10,653 nt of DNA from Pseudobdellovibrionaceae bacterium (GTDB lineage: Bacteria; Bdellovibrionota; Bdellovibrionia; Bdellovibrionales; Bdellovibrionaceae), in contig JBGGMM010000114.1 in NCBI GenBank assembly GCA_041288045.1, forward strand, positions 1 to 10,653, written 5' to 3'. How positions within the stretch are numbered: the stretch's first letter is position 1; every line of letters begins with the position of its first letter. The notes below the pieces were generated by a model. The model was not told the DNA's origin. It saw only the letters and a program-made list of their open reading frames with translations, and ran no database searches. The translations under genes were made by a program, and so were the position numbers. Below are positions 1 through 7,427 of this stretch, piece after piece.

Positions 1-1
1 T

Positions 2-3000
2 CATGTTGATTTGAGGATTTCTGAAATCAAAGATGTGCAAATCGGAGATGGTTATTTATCATTCGTTGTTCTTTCAGAGGAAATTGGCGGTTTGATCCGC
101 TTTTCATTTTATAATACGAAAAGTTATTTCCAAGACCTAGCAGAGACGAACAAGGGATTGTCAGCTTATCAGGCCAAAATTTATTTTCCTGAAGATGAAA
201 AGCTATTTGGCTATTTTTCTGCTCAAAAGCCATTGCTCCCTTCTTATGAGACTTCAAAGCAGGTGATCAATGACCGCCGAAGCCTGATTCATCGGTTCAA
301 TCCCAGCCGAAGCACTGTTGAATTTCGATTGAATCATGAAGCTCCAGAGTGGATGGATGACATTGTCAAGCAAGCAGCTGCCGGATGGAATGCGACTTTC
401 AAGGATGTTGGTCTGAAAATGCGAGTCCATGTTTTGGATGAATCGGGAAAAGTCTTGCGCGGAAACCCTGGTGATCTTCGCTACAGCTCAATCAATATCT
501 ATGACGAAGTTGATGGAGGTGGTCAATGGGGAGGATATGGCCCTCAATTGGTCGATCCTGATACTGGTGAAATTATTATGGCGACATCGAATATGAATGT
601 TCAAGACAGCGTTGGTGGGACGCAGGGTCTTTTGAATTCCTATTTACTATCCGCCAAAGGCGATCTGGATCAAAAATTCATTTTAGGATTGCCTCTGCCG
701 TCTCTGGAAGCTGTTGCCAATGTGGCTGAAAAAACTCTCAACTTCGTCGGTGATCGTTTGGGTCTTTCATTGCTAAAAAGTCTTGGATCAAAGGTCAATG
801 TCACTTATGACTCAGTCGCCAAAGATTTTATCAAAAATCTGAAAACGGCTGGCGGGTCTTCACAGCAAAAAATCAATTTTAGCAATCAGGTCTTTTTTGA
901 AACGCCCTTCCGCAATTTGAATGGCAACATCATCAATCAAGTTGAAGCTGTTTGCCCCGAGCTGAAGACCTATGCCGAGTCAGTGAAAGCTGATCGCAAA
1001 AATGAAAATCTGGAAAACGAAATCAAAATGGTCAAAGAATGTGCTGTTGAAATTTCAAAGCCTTTTATTTTGTCCGTTCTTTTACATGAAATGGGACATA
1101 ACTTCGGACTTCGTCACAATTTCTATGGGTCTACCGATCGCGAAAATTTCTACGGCCCGGTTGAAATGAAATTGAATGGCAAGACCGTCAAGACACAATG
1201 GATGTCGAGCAGCGTGATGGATTATATGACTTTGAATTACCACAATATGACTCAGCCAGGTCTGTATGACACTGCGGCCATTCGATGGGGCTATACGGAT
1301 CAAATTAAAAAGCTGGATAACAGTTTGCTCAAGGTGGATCCTAGCAAATCAACCAACTTACAGATTCGCGATCTGATTCAAAATCGACAGGTGAGAAAAT
1401 TTAAGTACTGCACGGATGAAGATGTCGATGTGACAGCGAAAGACCCAATGTGTGCCCGAATGGACGCAGGATTGAATCCAATTGAAATCGTTTCTAATCT
1501 GATCAACCAATATGATGCCAGCATTGCTATTTCAAATCATCGCCACGGTAAGGCCAAGGTTTGGAGCCAGCCTACTTTAGCCTATGATCGCTTTGTTCGA
1601 TATGTCATTCCCATGAAGCGCTTCTATGAACAATGGCGATTGATTTTGGCAGCTGAAGCCGGTTCGGGAAATGAATATTTGGAAGCCTACGACGATGAAG
1701 CGAAATTCTCTGATCTGGTCGAGCGCGCCGAAAAGGAAAATGAGTTGAGAAAGCAATATCACCAAGCTGCTGATATGGTTTTCAATTTTTTAACTCGGAT
1801 CGCCTTTCAGGCAGATTATTCCTGTGTGGCGAAACGTCTTATTGATGGCAATGAGAAATACCAGCTTTTCTCTTTCAATCAAGTTCAGGCAGATATTTTT
1901 AATATCAGTCAACAGACAGTGACGAAATGCCAAGATCAGGCAGTTCGAGACTATTTGAAATCGAAAAAACAAGCGACACTCGAGGCTTGGGGTGGAGTCA
2001 CATTTGACAATATCTATCATGACCTCGATCAAAAGCGAACGGATCCTACAAACTACAGTGAAATTGACAATCCCGAGGTCGTGGGAATCGCCTTGGATCG
2101 CTACCTTGCTCTGATTATGCTGGTCGAAAGAAATCAGTTGTTGCAACCGGTGAGAGCCAATCATTTTGCGCCTAATTTTGTGGATCAACCTAATTACCGA
2201 AGAATGCTGAATCAAAAAATAAGCACTCGATTGGTTAAGGGAACAAGTCTCGAAGATATTGGACTGAGCTCGGTTTTAGGAACCAAAATTTCTGAATCCT
2301 ACAGCTCTAATTTCGTGAGTGAAAAGCCGATCCTGTCTGACCTGATGTCCATGTTGAAGTACGGGTTGGTCATTCCAGGAAAGCCCGATGTGAACAGCAA
2401 GCGATTGGAAAAATACGCGGTGAACCAAGCTTTCTTTATGAATGCCTCAGCTAATGCCGAATGCATTACTTTCCGCGGAAATCGGCTCTGTGCCACTGAA
2501 GCCAATTCAGAAGCCCTGCGTTTGATCCGAGAACTCAACCGCCTAGAGGAGCTGAAGACTGCATGGAAAATGGATGGCCGCTCTGTGGGCATTTTCCTTG
2601 AGACTGCAAAAGAATTCATTCCTGAAAATGGCAAGGGTCTGGAACTTCAGATGATTACAATTGAAAAATTTTACACCAAATTGAAAAGAGCTGGATCCAT
2701 CGATTCTCAAGTCGCCGAAGATCTGGAAAATTTGAAGTCCGTTTTTTCACCTGAGATTGAACTCAAGACTCGAGCAATTGATAGGGACTTGAAAAAATTA
2801 GAGCAAGAAAACATCAGCCAAGAAGAAATTCGCGCCAAACAAGACGAACTTAAAAAGACCACTTTCGGATCCATGGCCCAGAAAGTAGGACTGATCGGCT
2901 ACCAAGGAATCGACCAAGAAACTCTGAAGGCTCGAGTCGATAATTTCGTCAAAGAAATCAAATCCAACTACGAGCTCTACCAAGCCGACCCGCGTGAAAT

Positions 3001-3046
3001 CGATGCCCAGATCGACATCTTGCTCAGCGCTCTGCTCGCGGATTAA
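2..3046 (+). CDS. Large zinc-dependent metalloprotease (metzincin, EcxA/DUF4953-like), 5' end outside the window
   Basis: HEMGHNFGLRH (HExxHxxGxxH) at 1085-1117. Met-turn SSSVMDY at 1205-1225. Family-typical segments GDLRYS, GYGP..DPDTGEII, YDTAAIRWGY, YCTD and DPMCARMDAG. The frame is open back to position 2 (CAT GTT GAT TTG), so TTG at 11 is probably not the true start. Confidence 0.88.
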   Translation, partial: HVDLRISEIKDVQIGDGYLSFVVLSEEIGGLIRFSFYNTKSYFQDLAETNKGLSAYQAKIYFPEDEKLFGYFSAQKPLLPSYETSKQVINDRRSLIHRFNPSRSTVEFRLNHEAPEWMDDIVKQAAAGWNATFKDVGLKMRVHVLDESGKVLRGNPGDLRYSSINIYDEVDGGGQWGGYGPQLVDPDTGEIIMATSNMNVQDSVGGTQGLLNSYLLSAKGDLDQKFILGLPLPSLEAVANVAEKTLNFVGDRLGLSLLKSLGSKVNVTYDSVAKDFIKNLKTAGGSSQQKINFSNQVFFETPFRNLNGNIINQVEAVCPELKTYAESVKADRKNENLENEIKMVKECAVEISKPFILSVLLHEMGHNFGLRHNFYGSTDRENFYGPVEMKLNGKTVKTQWMSSSVMDYMTLNYHNMTQPGLYDTAAIRWGYTDQIKKLDNSLLKVDPSKSTNLQIRDLIQNRQVRKFKYCTDEDVDVTAKDPMCARMDAGLNPIEIVSNLINQYDASIAISNHRHGKAKVWSQPTLAYDRFVRYVIPMKRFYEQWRLILAAEAGSGNEYLEAYDDEAKFSDLVERAEKENELRKQYHQAADMVFNFLTRIAFQADYSCVAKRLIDGNEKYQLFSFNQVQADIFNISQQTVTKCQDQAVRDYLKSKKQATLEAWGGVTFDNIYHDLDQKRTDPTNYSEIDNPEVVGIALDRYLALIMLVERNQLLQPVRANHFAPNFVDQPNYRRMLNQKISTRLVKGTSLEDIGLSSVLGTKISESYSSNFVSEKPILSDLMSMLKYGLVIPGKPDVNSKRLEKYAVNQAFFMNASANAECITFRGNRLCATEANSEALRLIRELNRLEELKTAWKMDGRSVGIFLETAKEFIPENGKGLELQMITIEKFYTKLKRAGSIDSQVAEDLENLKSVFSPEIELKTRAIDRDLKKLEQENISQEEIRAKQDELKKTTFGSMAQKVGLIGYQGIDQETLKARVDNFVKEIKSNYELYQADPREIDAQIDILLSALLAD

Positions 3047-3048
3047 GT

Positions 3049-3064
3049 GGGTACCCGGGTACCC
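3049..3064. repeat. Perfect 16-bp palindrome GGGTACCCGGGTACCC, a tandem dimer of the palindrome GGGTACCC
   Basis: Read directly. It begins 2 nt after the protease stop codon. Confidence 0.85.
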
Positions 3065-3145
3065 CCAAAGGTTAAGATCTTGTTCAGCTCGTCAGAACAG
3101 TCTAAAATCTTTGACTGTTTTCCAAGGACAGTATTTAAAACAGGC

Positions 3146-3532
3146 ATGCCTGCGGACGTCCTATACATAGATGATTGCCAAGAGCTTAGAGAAATTATCC
3201 CCGAACTGATCCGCTATAACTTGAATCGGACTTGCTTGAGCCTTTCTGGCCTGAGCCAGATCAAAGAAAAGTTCTCGAGCGGCCATTCGTGCAAAGTGGT
3301 CATTCTGGATATTGATTTAGGCCCCGGTCAACCTTCTGGCATTGACATTTTTCAGTGGCTGCAATCCCAGGGCTTTAAAGGAAAAATGTTTTTTTTGACG
3401 GGCCATGGGATGTCTCATCCCTTTTCGCAGGAGGCGAAAAAGCTTGGCATCCAAATCTTTGAAAAACCACTTCATTCAAAAATTCTGCTCGAGTCCGTTC
3501 GCCAGGGCCTCGATCTCAATGTGGCCGGGTGA
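3146..3532 (+). CDS. Single-domain response regulator (CheY-like receiver, 128 aa)
   Basis: Acidic pocket VLYIDD, phospho-Asp in VILDIDLG, Thr in FLTGH and Lys-Pro in FEKP. ATG 3146 lies just before beta-1. The extension to GTG 3047 runs through the palindromic intergenic DNA. Confidence 0.88.
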   Translation: MPADVLYIDDCQELREIIPELIRYNLNRTCLSLSGLSQIKEKFSSGHSCKVVILDIDLGPGQPSGIDIFQWLQSQGFKGKMFFLTGHGMSHPFSQEAKKLGIQIFEKPLHSKILLESVRQGLDLNVAG

Positions 3533-4395
3533 CTTGCTTGGGAAAATTACTCTTCAATAAGAGTTTTTGGCAATCCAGTCATGAAATGTGGATGATCACC
3601 ATGTTTCAAATTTTCCTGTTGATTACTTTTTCTCCGCTCATTGCTTTGGTGCTGTGGAAATCCATCCCTCAAATTTCTTATGTCTATATCGTGACACTTT
3701 TCATTGGCTTGGTTCATCTTTGGATTCTTTGGCTCTTCAGAAGTCACAAGTTAATGGCTTTGAGTTCACTTATTTATTCTCTCAATGTAGTTGTCGCCGG
3801 CATTGGTGTTTGGATCAATCAGAACACTTGGATTGATTCTCAATTGAGTTTCCAACCCTTTACGGGGTTTAAGCTTTTCGCCATTGTTGTTGCTTTCCAA
3901 GCTCCGCCCCTGCGCAAAGTTGGCTGGTTCTGCTTGATTTTCTTACTGCTCACTCCAGGACTGCAGTACTTCTTATGGCCCGACTGGAAAAGAAATCTTG
4001 TTGGCGTGCAAGAGACCTGGACCACATTTCTCGTCGTGACCTTTGCGGGTATTCTTTATGAACAACGTCTTCAATTTCAAAAAATATCCGAGCGACGGTT
4101 TCGTTTAGAAGCTTCGGAAAAAGAACTGAAAAAGTATGCCCATCTGCTTCTCGGCGCCCGCCATTTATTGAATTCCCCTTTACAAGTGATTCATTCAACA
4201 ACAGAACTGATCCTCATCAAGCATCCCGAAACCAAACCTCTCGTGGACCGAATGCAAAATTCTTTCATCTCAATAGCCGCCATCAATCACCACCTGGCAA
4301 TCAGCGAAAGCCGAATTCAATGGAAAGAAGTGCAACTCCCGAACAATCTCGAAGAACTCAAATCTGAAGTGGATTCAATTTTTCCAAAGTTGTAG
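3529..4395 (+). CDS. ~6-TM membrane protein with a C-terminal HisKA/DHp-like segment and no ATPase domain
   Basis: About six hydrophobic segments, a charged helical linker, then ARHLLNSPLQVI (H212 at 4162-4164), resembling an H-box. Ends 76 aa later with no N/G1/F/G2 boxes. GTGA overlap with the receiver gene stop. ATG 3583, 3592 or 3601 are alternative starts. Confidence 0.7.
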   Translation: MTCLGKLLFNKSFWQSSHEMWMITMFQIFLLITFSPLIALVLWKSIPQISYVYIVTLFIGLVHLWILWLFRSHKLMALSSLIYSLNVVVAGIGVWINQNTWIDSQLSFQPFTGFKLFAIVVAFQAPPLRKVGWFCLIFLLLTPGLQYFLWPDWKRNLVGVQETWTTFLVVTFAGILYEQRLQFQKISERRFRLEASEKELKKYAHLLLGARHLLNSPLQVIHSTTELILIKHPETKPLVDRMQNSFISIAAINHHLAISESRIQWKEVQLPNNLEELKSEVDSIFPKL

Positions 4396-4470
4396 ATAGG
4401 TCATTTCTATTTTCGAATCTTCTCGGCCGCCGATGGCATCGCTGTGAAAATAGAAAATGGAGAATAGAGG

Positions 4471-4492
4471 AAATTTTGCTCGCGCAAAATTT
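4471..4492 (-). terminator. Hairpin directly 3' of the tRNA, possible terminator or processing signal
   Basis: Minus strand AAATTTTGC-GCGA-GCAAAATTT: 9-bp stem with a GNRA loop, followed by a pyrimidine-rich tract rather than a clean U run. Confidence 0.5.
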
Positions 4493-4583
4493 GGCGGAGA
4501 GGGCGAGATTCGAACTCGCGTTACCTTTTGACGGGTAAACTCGCTTTCCAAGCGAGCGGATTCAACCACTCTCCCACCTCTCC
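4492..4583 (-). tRNA. tRNA-Ser(GGA) with long variable arm and encoded CCA
   Basis: Acceptor stem GGAGAGG/CCTCTCC, discriminator G, then CCA. Anticodon arm CTCGC-TTGGAAA-GCGAG. Variable stem TTACC/GGTAA. T arm GCGAG-TTCGAAT-CTCGC. Confidence 0.97.
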
Positions 4584-4613
4584 GTGGTCTGAGGATTCAC
4601 TTGTTGAGGCCCA

Positions 4614-4642
4614 GATCTAACGGATTCTCCCCTGACAATCAA
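4614..4642 (-). promoter_or_regulatory. Putative sigma70-type promoter of tRNA-Ser
   Basis: Minus strand TTGATT-17 nt-TAGATC, ending 30 nt upstream of the mature tRNA 5' end and followed by a GC-rich stretch (TGGGCC). Confidence 0.45.
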
Positions 4643-4691
4643 GCCAGGGGTTTTGAAAACCTGATTTTGCAATGCTTCCAATATTCTAAGG

Positions 4692-5168
4692 TCAGTGGAA
4701 ATGATGAAGGCCTACATATTCGGCTTCAGCGATGATGTGCCCTTGCATGGCCGCTAAAACCTCTTCCTTTGAAAGACCAGCAGGAAGGCCCAGCTTCATA
4801 TCCAAAGCATAGAGCTTGAAATGATAGTGATGGGTTTTTCCAGGAGGGGGATTGGGACCCTTGTAGCCTATTTCGTGATAGGAATTCTCCCCTTGTAGGT
4901 ACTCGACACCGTTGCTCTTCTCGGCTGGCACTCCGGCTGGCAGTTTTCCTCGGCTTGGATCGATGTTGTAGACAACCCAATGAGTGAAAGGATCAACTCC
5001 GGAGGCATCTGGATCCTCGCAAATGAGCACCAATTCTCGGGCCTCATCGGGAACACCACTCCAATACATTGGGGGAGAAATGTCCCTGCCGTGGCCTGTG
5101 TACTCTTCAGGAATTGTACTTTCATTTTTAAAGACAGGGCTTTCAATTTTAAAGAAATCTAAGCTCAT
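4692..5168 (-). CDS. YbhB/YbcL family Raf-kinase-inhibitor-like (PEBP) protein, 158 aa
   Basis: Motifs DISPP, CEDPDA, HWVVYNI and GYKGPNPPPG..HHYHFKLYALD. GGAGG Shine-Dalgarno at 5174-5178, 5 nt before ATG 5168. No signal peptide. Confidence 0.93.
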   Translation of the reverse strand: MSLDFFKIESPVFKNESTIPEEYTGHGRDISPPMYWSGVPDEARELVLICEDPDASGVDPFTHWVVYNIDPSRGKLPAGVPAEKSNGVEYLQGENSYHEIGYKGPNPPPGKTHHYHFKLYALDMKLGLPAGLSKEEVLAAMQGHIIAEAEYVGLHHFH

Positions 5169-5266
5169 AGAGACCTCCGCTTGCGCTTTAACAAAAAAGC
5201 TTTCGGCTCTTTCTTGTTTCGGAACTAAAGAAGGCAAAAACCAAGCCATGCCTTCATTTTAAATCC

Positions 5267-5295
5267 TTGTTCTCATGATGAGATTTGCTTACTTT
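5267..5295 (+). promoter_or_regulatory. Putative sigma70 promoter of sugE/gdx with an overlapping palindrome
   Basis: TTGTTC (5267-5272), 17 nt, TACTTT (5290-5295), ending 5 nt before ATG 5301. Palindrome TCTCAT-G-ATGAGA at 5271-5283. Confidence 0.45.
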
Positions 5296-5300
5296 GAGTC

Positions 5301-5621
5301 ATGGCATGGATTTATCTTTTGATCGCTGGTCTGCTCGAGATCGCTTGGGCTATTGGCATGAAACAATCCGAAGGCTTTACCAAACTGATTCCCAGTTTGT
5401 GGACCATCGGACTCATGATCCTGAGTTTTGGTCTACTCTCGCAAGCTGTCCGAGTCCTTCCGATTGGAACCGGTTACGCCATTTGGACTGGGATCGGCGC
5501 CGTCGGCACAGCCATCGCTGGCATTTTATTTTTCGGTGAATCCAAAGATCTTCTGCGGATTGGATTTATTCTTTTCATTCTGATTGGAATTATCGGCCTG
5601 AAGTGGACTGCCAAATCCTAG
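5301..5621 (+). CDS. sugE: SMR-family transporter, guanidinium exporter (Gdx/SugE) subtype
   Basis: 106 aa with four TM helices. G10, E13, W16, S42, F43, Y59 and W62 match the Gdx signature. Also has [18 protein letters not shown] and GIIGLK. Confidence 0.93.
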   Translation: MAWIYLLIAGLLEIAWAIGMKQSEGFTKLIPSLWTIGLMILSFGLLSQAVRVLPIGTGYAIWTGIGAVGTAIAGILFFGESKDLLRIGFILFILIGIIGLKWTAKS

Positions 5622-5625
5622 AAAA

Positions 5626-6444
5626 TCATTTCAGATTTTCAATCTGATCCAAAATGACTTTTCGATATTTGCGATTTTCAACCCAAAACAAATCCCCATG
5701 ATGTCCTTGAGGCACGGAAATAAAGGTCTTTGGCTCTTTGGCGTCTTTAAAAACCCGCTCGCCATGCTCAAATTCAACCACACGGTCTTGCTCACCATGC
5801 ATGACAATCAAAGAGACAGGCGAAATCTCTTCAACATCAGGAGCCCACTGATCACTGAGAACCACATAGGCAAAGGGTTGAGCCAACCAAGTCAGCCAAT
5901 GCTGAGCCATTTTTTTTCGTGCAATTCTTTGAAATGATGAAAAAGTCCCGTCAGCAATCATCACCTTGATTGGAGTCTTCTGTTTCACTTCTTGAACCAC
6001 TCGAAGCGCCACAGCACCACCCATACTTTGCCCATAGACGATCAAGGGATTGGGATCTTTGTTTTCATGCACCCAGTGCAATGCCTCACGCCCCGTATCC
6101 ACATTGCTTCCTGGACTCGGCTTGCCATCAGACTCCCCATACCCCGGATAATCAAAAATAAAATAATTGTATCCTGACTCTGGAAGCCAGGCCATCGAAG
6201 CAAAATGAGTCGTGATATTTTCAGCATTGCCGTGAAAAAAGACAAACGTCCCTTTGGCGGGCTTGATTTTGGATTCAAACCACCAGCCGTGAATTTTTGT
6301 TCCTTCTCGATTTGAAAAGTAAATATCTTCAGGACTGAGATTGAATTTTTTAGGATCGAAGAATTTTTCTTTGCGTGGATAATAAAGAAGCGAGGAACAA
6401 GCAAGTAATGAAAAGGCCAAAACACCCAACATCCATTTTCTCAT
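5626..6444 (-). CDS. Lipoprotein alpha/beta hydrolase (YfhR/ABHD13-like)
   Basis: Lipobox LLAC at C16. FFHGNAEN, DYPGYGES, nucleophile elbow GQSMGG, HGEQDRVV (Asp) and GHHGD (His). ATGA overlap with the upstream hydrolase stop at 6441-6444. Confidence 0.88.
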   Translation of the reverse strand: MRKWMLGVLAFSLLACSSLLYYPRKEKFFDPKKFNLSPEDIYFSNREGTKIHGWWFESKIKPAKGTFVFFHGNAENITTHFASMAWLPESGYNYFIFDYPGYGESDGKPSPGSNVDTGREALHWVHENKDPNPLIVYGQSMGGAVALRVVQEVKQKTPIKVMIADGTFSSFQRIARKKMAQHWLTWLAQPFAYVVLSDQWAPDVEEISPVSLIVMHGEQDRVVEFEHGERVFKDAKEPKTFISVPQGHHGDLFWVENRKYRKVILDQIENLK

Positions 6445-7424
6445 GGATGCGAAACGACTTTCTGCGAAATTTGGCCAAAGAGATTCTCCCCTTTTTCATT
6501 TTCCATCCAAATTTCAATTGTGTCCCCAACCTTCATAAACGGAGTCACTGCTTTCCCTTGAGCGATCTGCTCAAGCGTTCGCTTCTCTGCCAGACAACTG
6601 GATCCCACTGTGGAATCTTCATTAGCCACTGTCCCACTGCCAATCAAAGTTCCAGCCACAAGGTTTCGAGTCCTGGCTGCATGAGCAATCAATTGGCCAA
6701 AATGAAAGTGCATTTCCCCAGCATTGGCTTTGCCAAAAAACTGTTGATTGTATTTCACATGCAAAGGCAGATGCACCCGCCCCTCTTTCCAAGCCGATCC
6801 CATTTCATCGATTGTTAAAGCAAAAGGCGAAAGAGCTTTGGCCGGCTTGCTTTGAAAAAATCCAAAGCCTTGTGCCAATTCAGCTGGGATCAAACCTCGC
6901 AAGGAAACATCGTTGATTAAAACCAATAAGCGGATTTTTTTCAACGCTTCTTCTGGTGAAATCCCCATAGGAACTTCATCGACGATCACTCCAACCTCAG
7001 CTTCAAAATCGGTCCCATGGGAAAAATCTCTCTGTGGAATATCCTGATCAGGAGCTAAAAACTGCCCGCATTCCGCTTGGTACATGAGAGGCACAGTCAT
7101 CAGAGTTTCTGGTAAATCAGCGTTTCTGGCCTTTCTCACTAGCTTGATGTGATGAATGAATGCTGAGCCATCAGCAAACAGCCAGGTTCGCGGCAAAGCA
7201 GAATGAAAATCAGAAGCTTTGACTGCAAAAGCCTGAGCCGCTTTCCCCGCATTGAGGTCTTGAGATAATTTTTGCAGTTTGGGTTCGGCCTCGCCCCAAA
7301 CTTCGAGAGCTTCGCGAAGCGATGGCGCCACCGAAGTTGCTTTGACGGCCATCTTCAGATCACGACTGATCACACACAGTTCGCCATCACGACTAGATTT
7401 GGATTTCAAAGTTCCTAATTTCAT
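6441..7424 (-). CDS. fahA: Fumarylacetoacetate hydrolase family protein, probable fumarylacetoacetase
   Basis: N-terminus MKLGTLK..SRDGELCVISRDL. Motifs ADGSAF..H, PLMYQ, DFEAEVGV, NDVSLR, GFGFFQSKP and GTLIGSGTV. Lies near maiA. Confidence 0.88.
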   Translation of the reverse strand: MKLGTLKSKSSRDGELCVISRDLKMAVKATSVAPSLREALEVWGEAEPKLQKLSQDLNAGKAAQAFAVKASDFHSALPRTWLFADGSAFIHHIKLVRKARNADLPETLMTVPLMYQAECGQFLAPDQDIPQRDFSHGTDFEAEVGVIVDEVPMGISPEEALKKIRLLVLINDVSLRGLIPAELAQGFGFFQSKPAKALSPFALTIDEMGSAWKEGRVHLPLHVKYNQQFFGKANAGEMHFHFGQLIAHAARTRNLVAGTLIGSGTVANEDSTVGSSCLAEKRTLEQIAQGKAVTPFMKVGDTIEIWMENEKGENLFGQISQKVVSHP

Positions 7425-7427
7425 ATG

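Noticed and set aside
3115..3131. Possible LexA box CTGT...ACAG
   Set aside because: The spacer is 9 nt rather than the 8 of the E. coli-type box, and no DNA-repair gene follows.
3047..3145. 33-aa N-terminal extension of the response regulator from GTG 3047
   Set aside because: It runs through the palindrome and promoter-like DNA. The receiver fold begins just after ATG 3146.
3047..4491. Genomic island integrated at the tRNA-Ser 3' end
   Set aside because: I found no duplicate of the tRNA 3' sequence and no integrase in the window. A boundary outside the window cannot be excluded.
4375..4569. 64-aa minus-strand ORF
   Set aside because: It overlaps the tRNA-Ser gene and is a shadow ORF.
5169..5249. 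Longer start for the YbhB-family gene at 5249
   Set aside because: A strong GGAGG sits before ATG 5168, and the extension is not a signal peptide.
5169..5300. Guanidine riboswitch upstream of sugE
   Set aside because: No ACGR-loop hairpins or other recognisable guanidine aptamer motifs by eye. A covariance-model search would be the definitive test.
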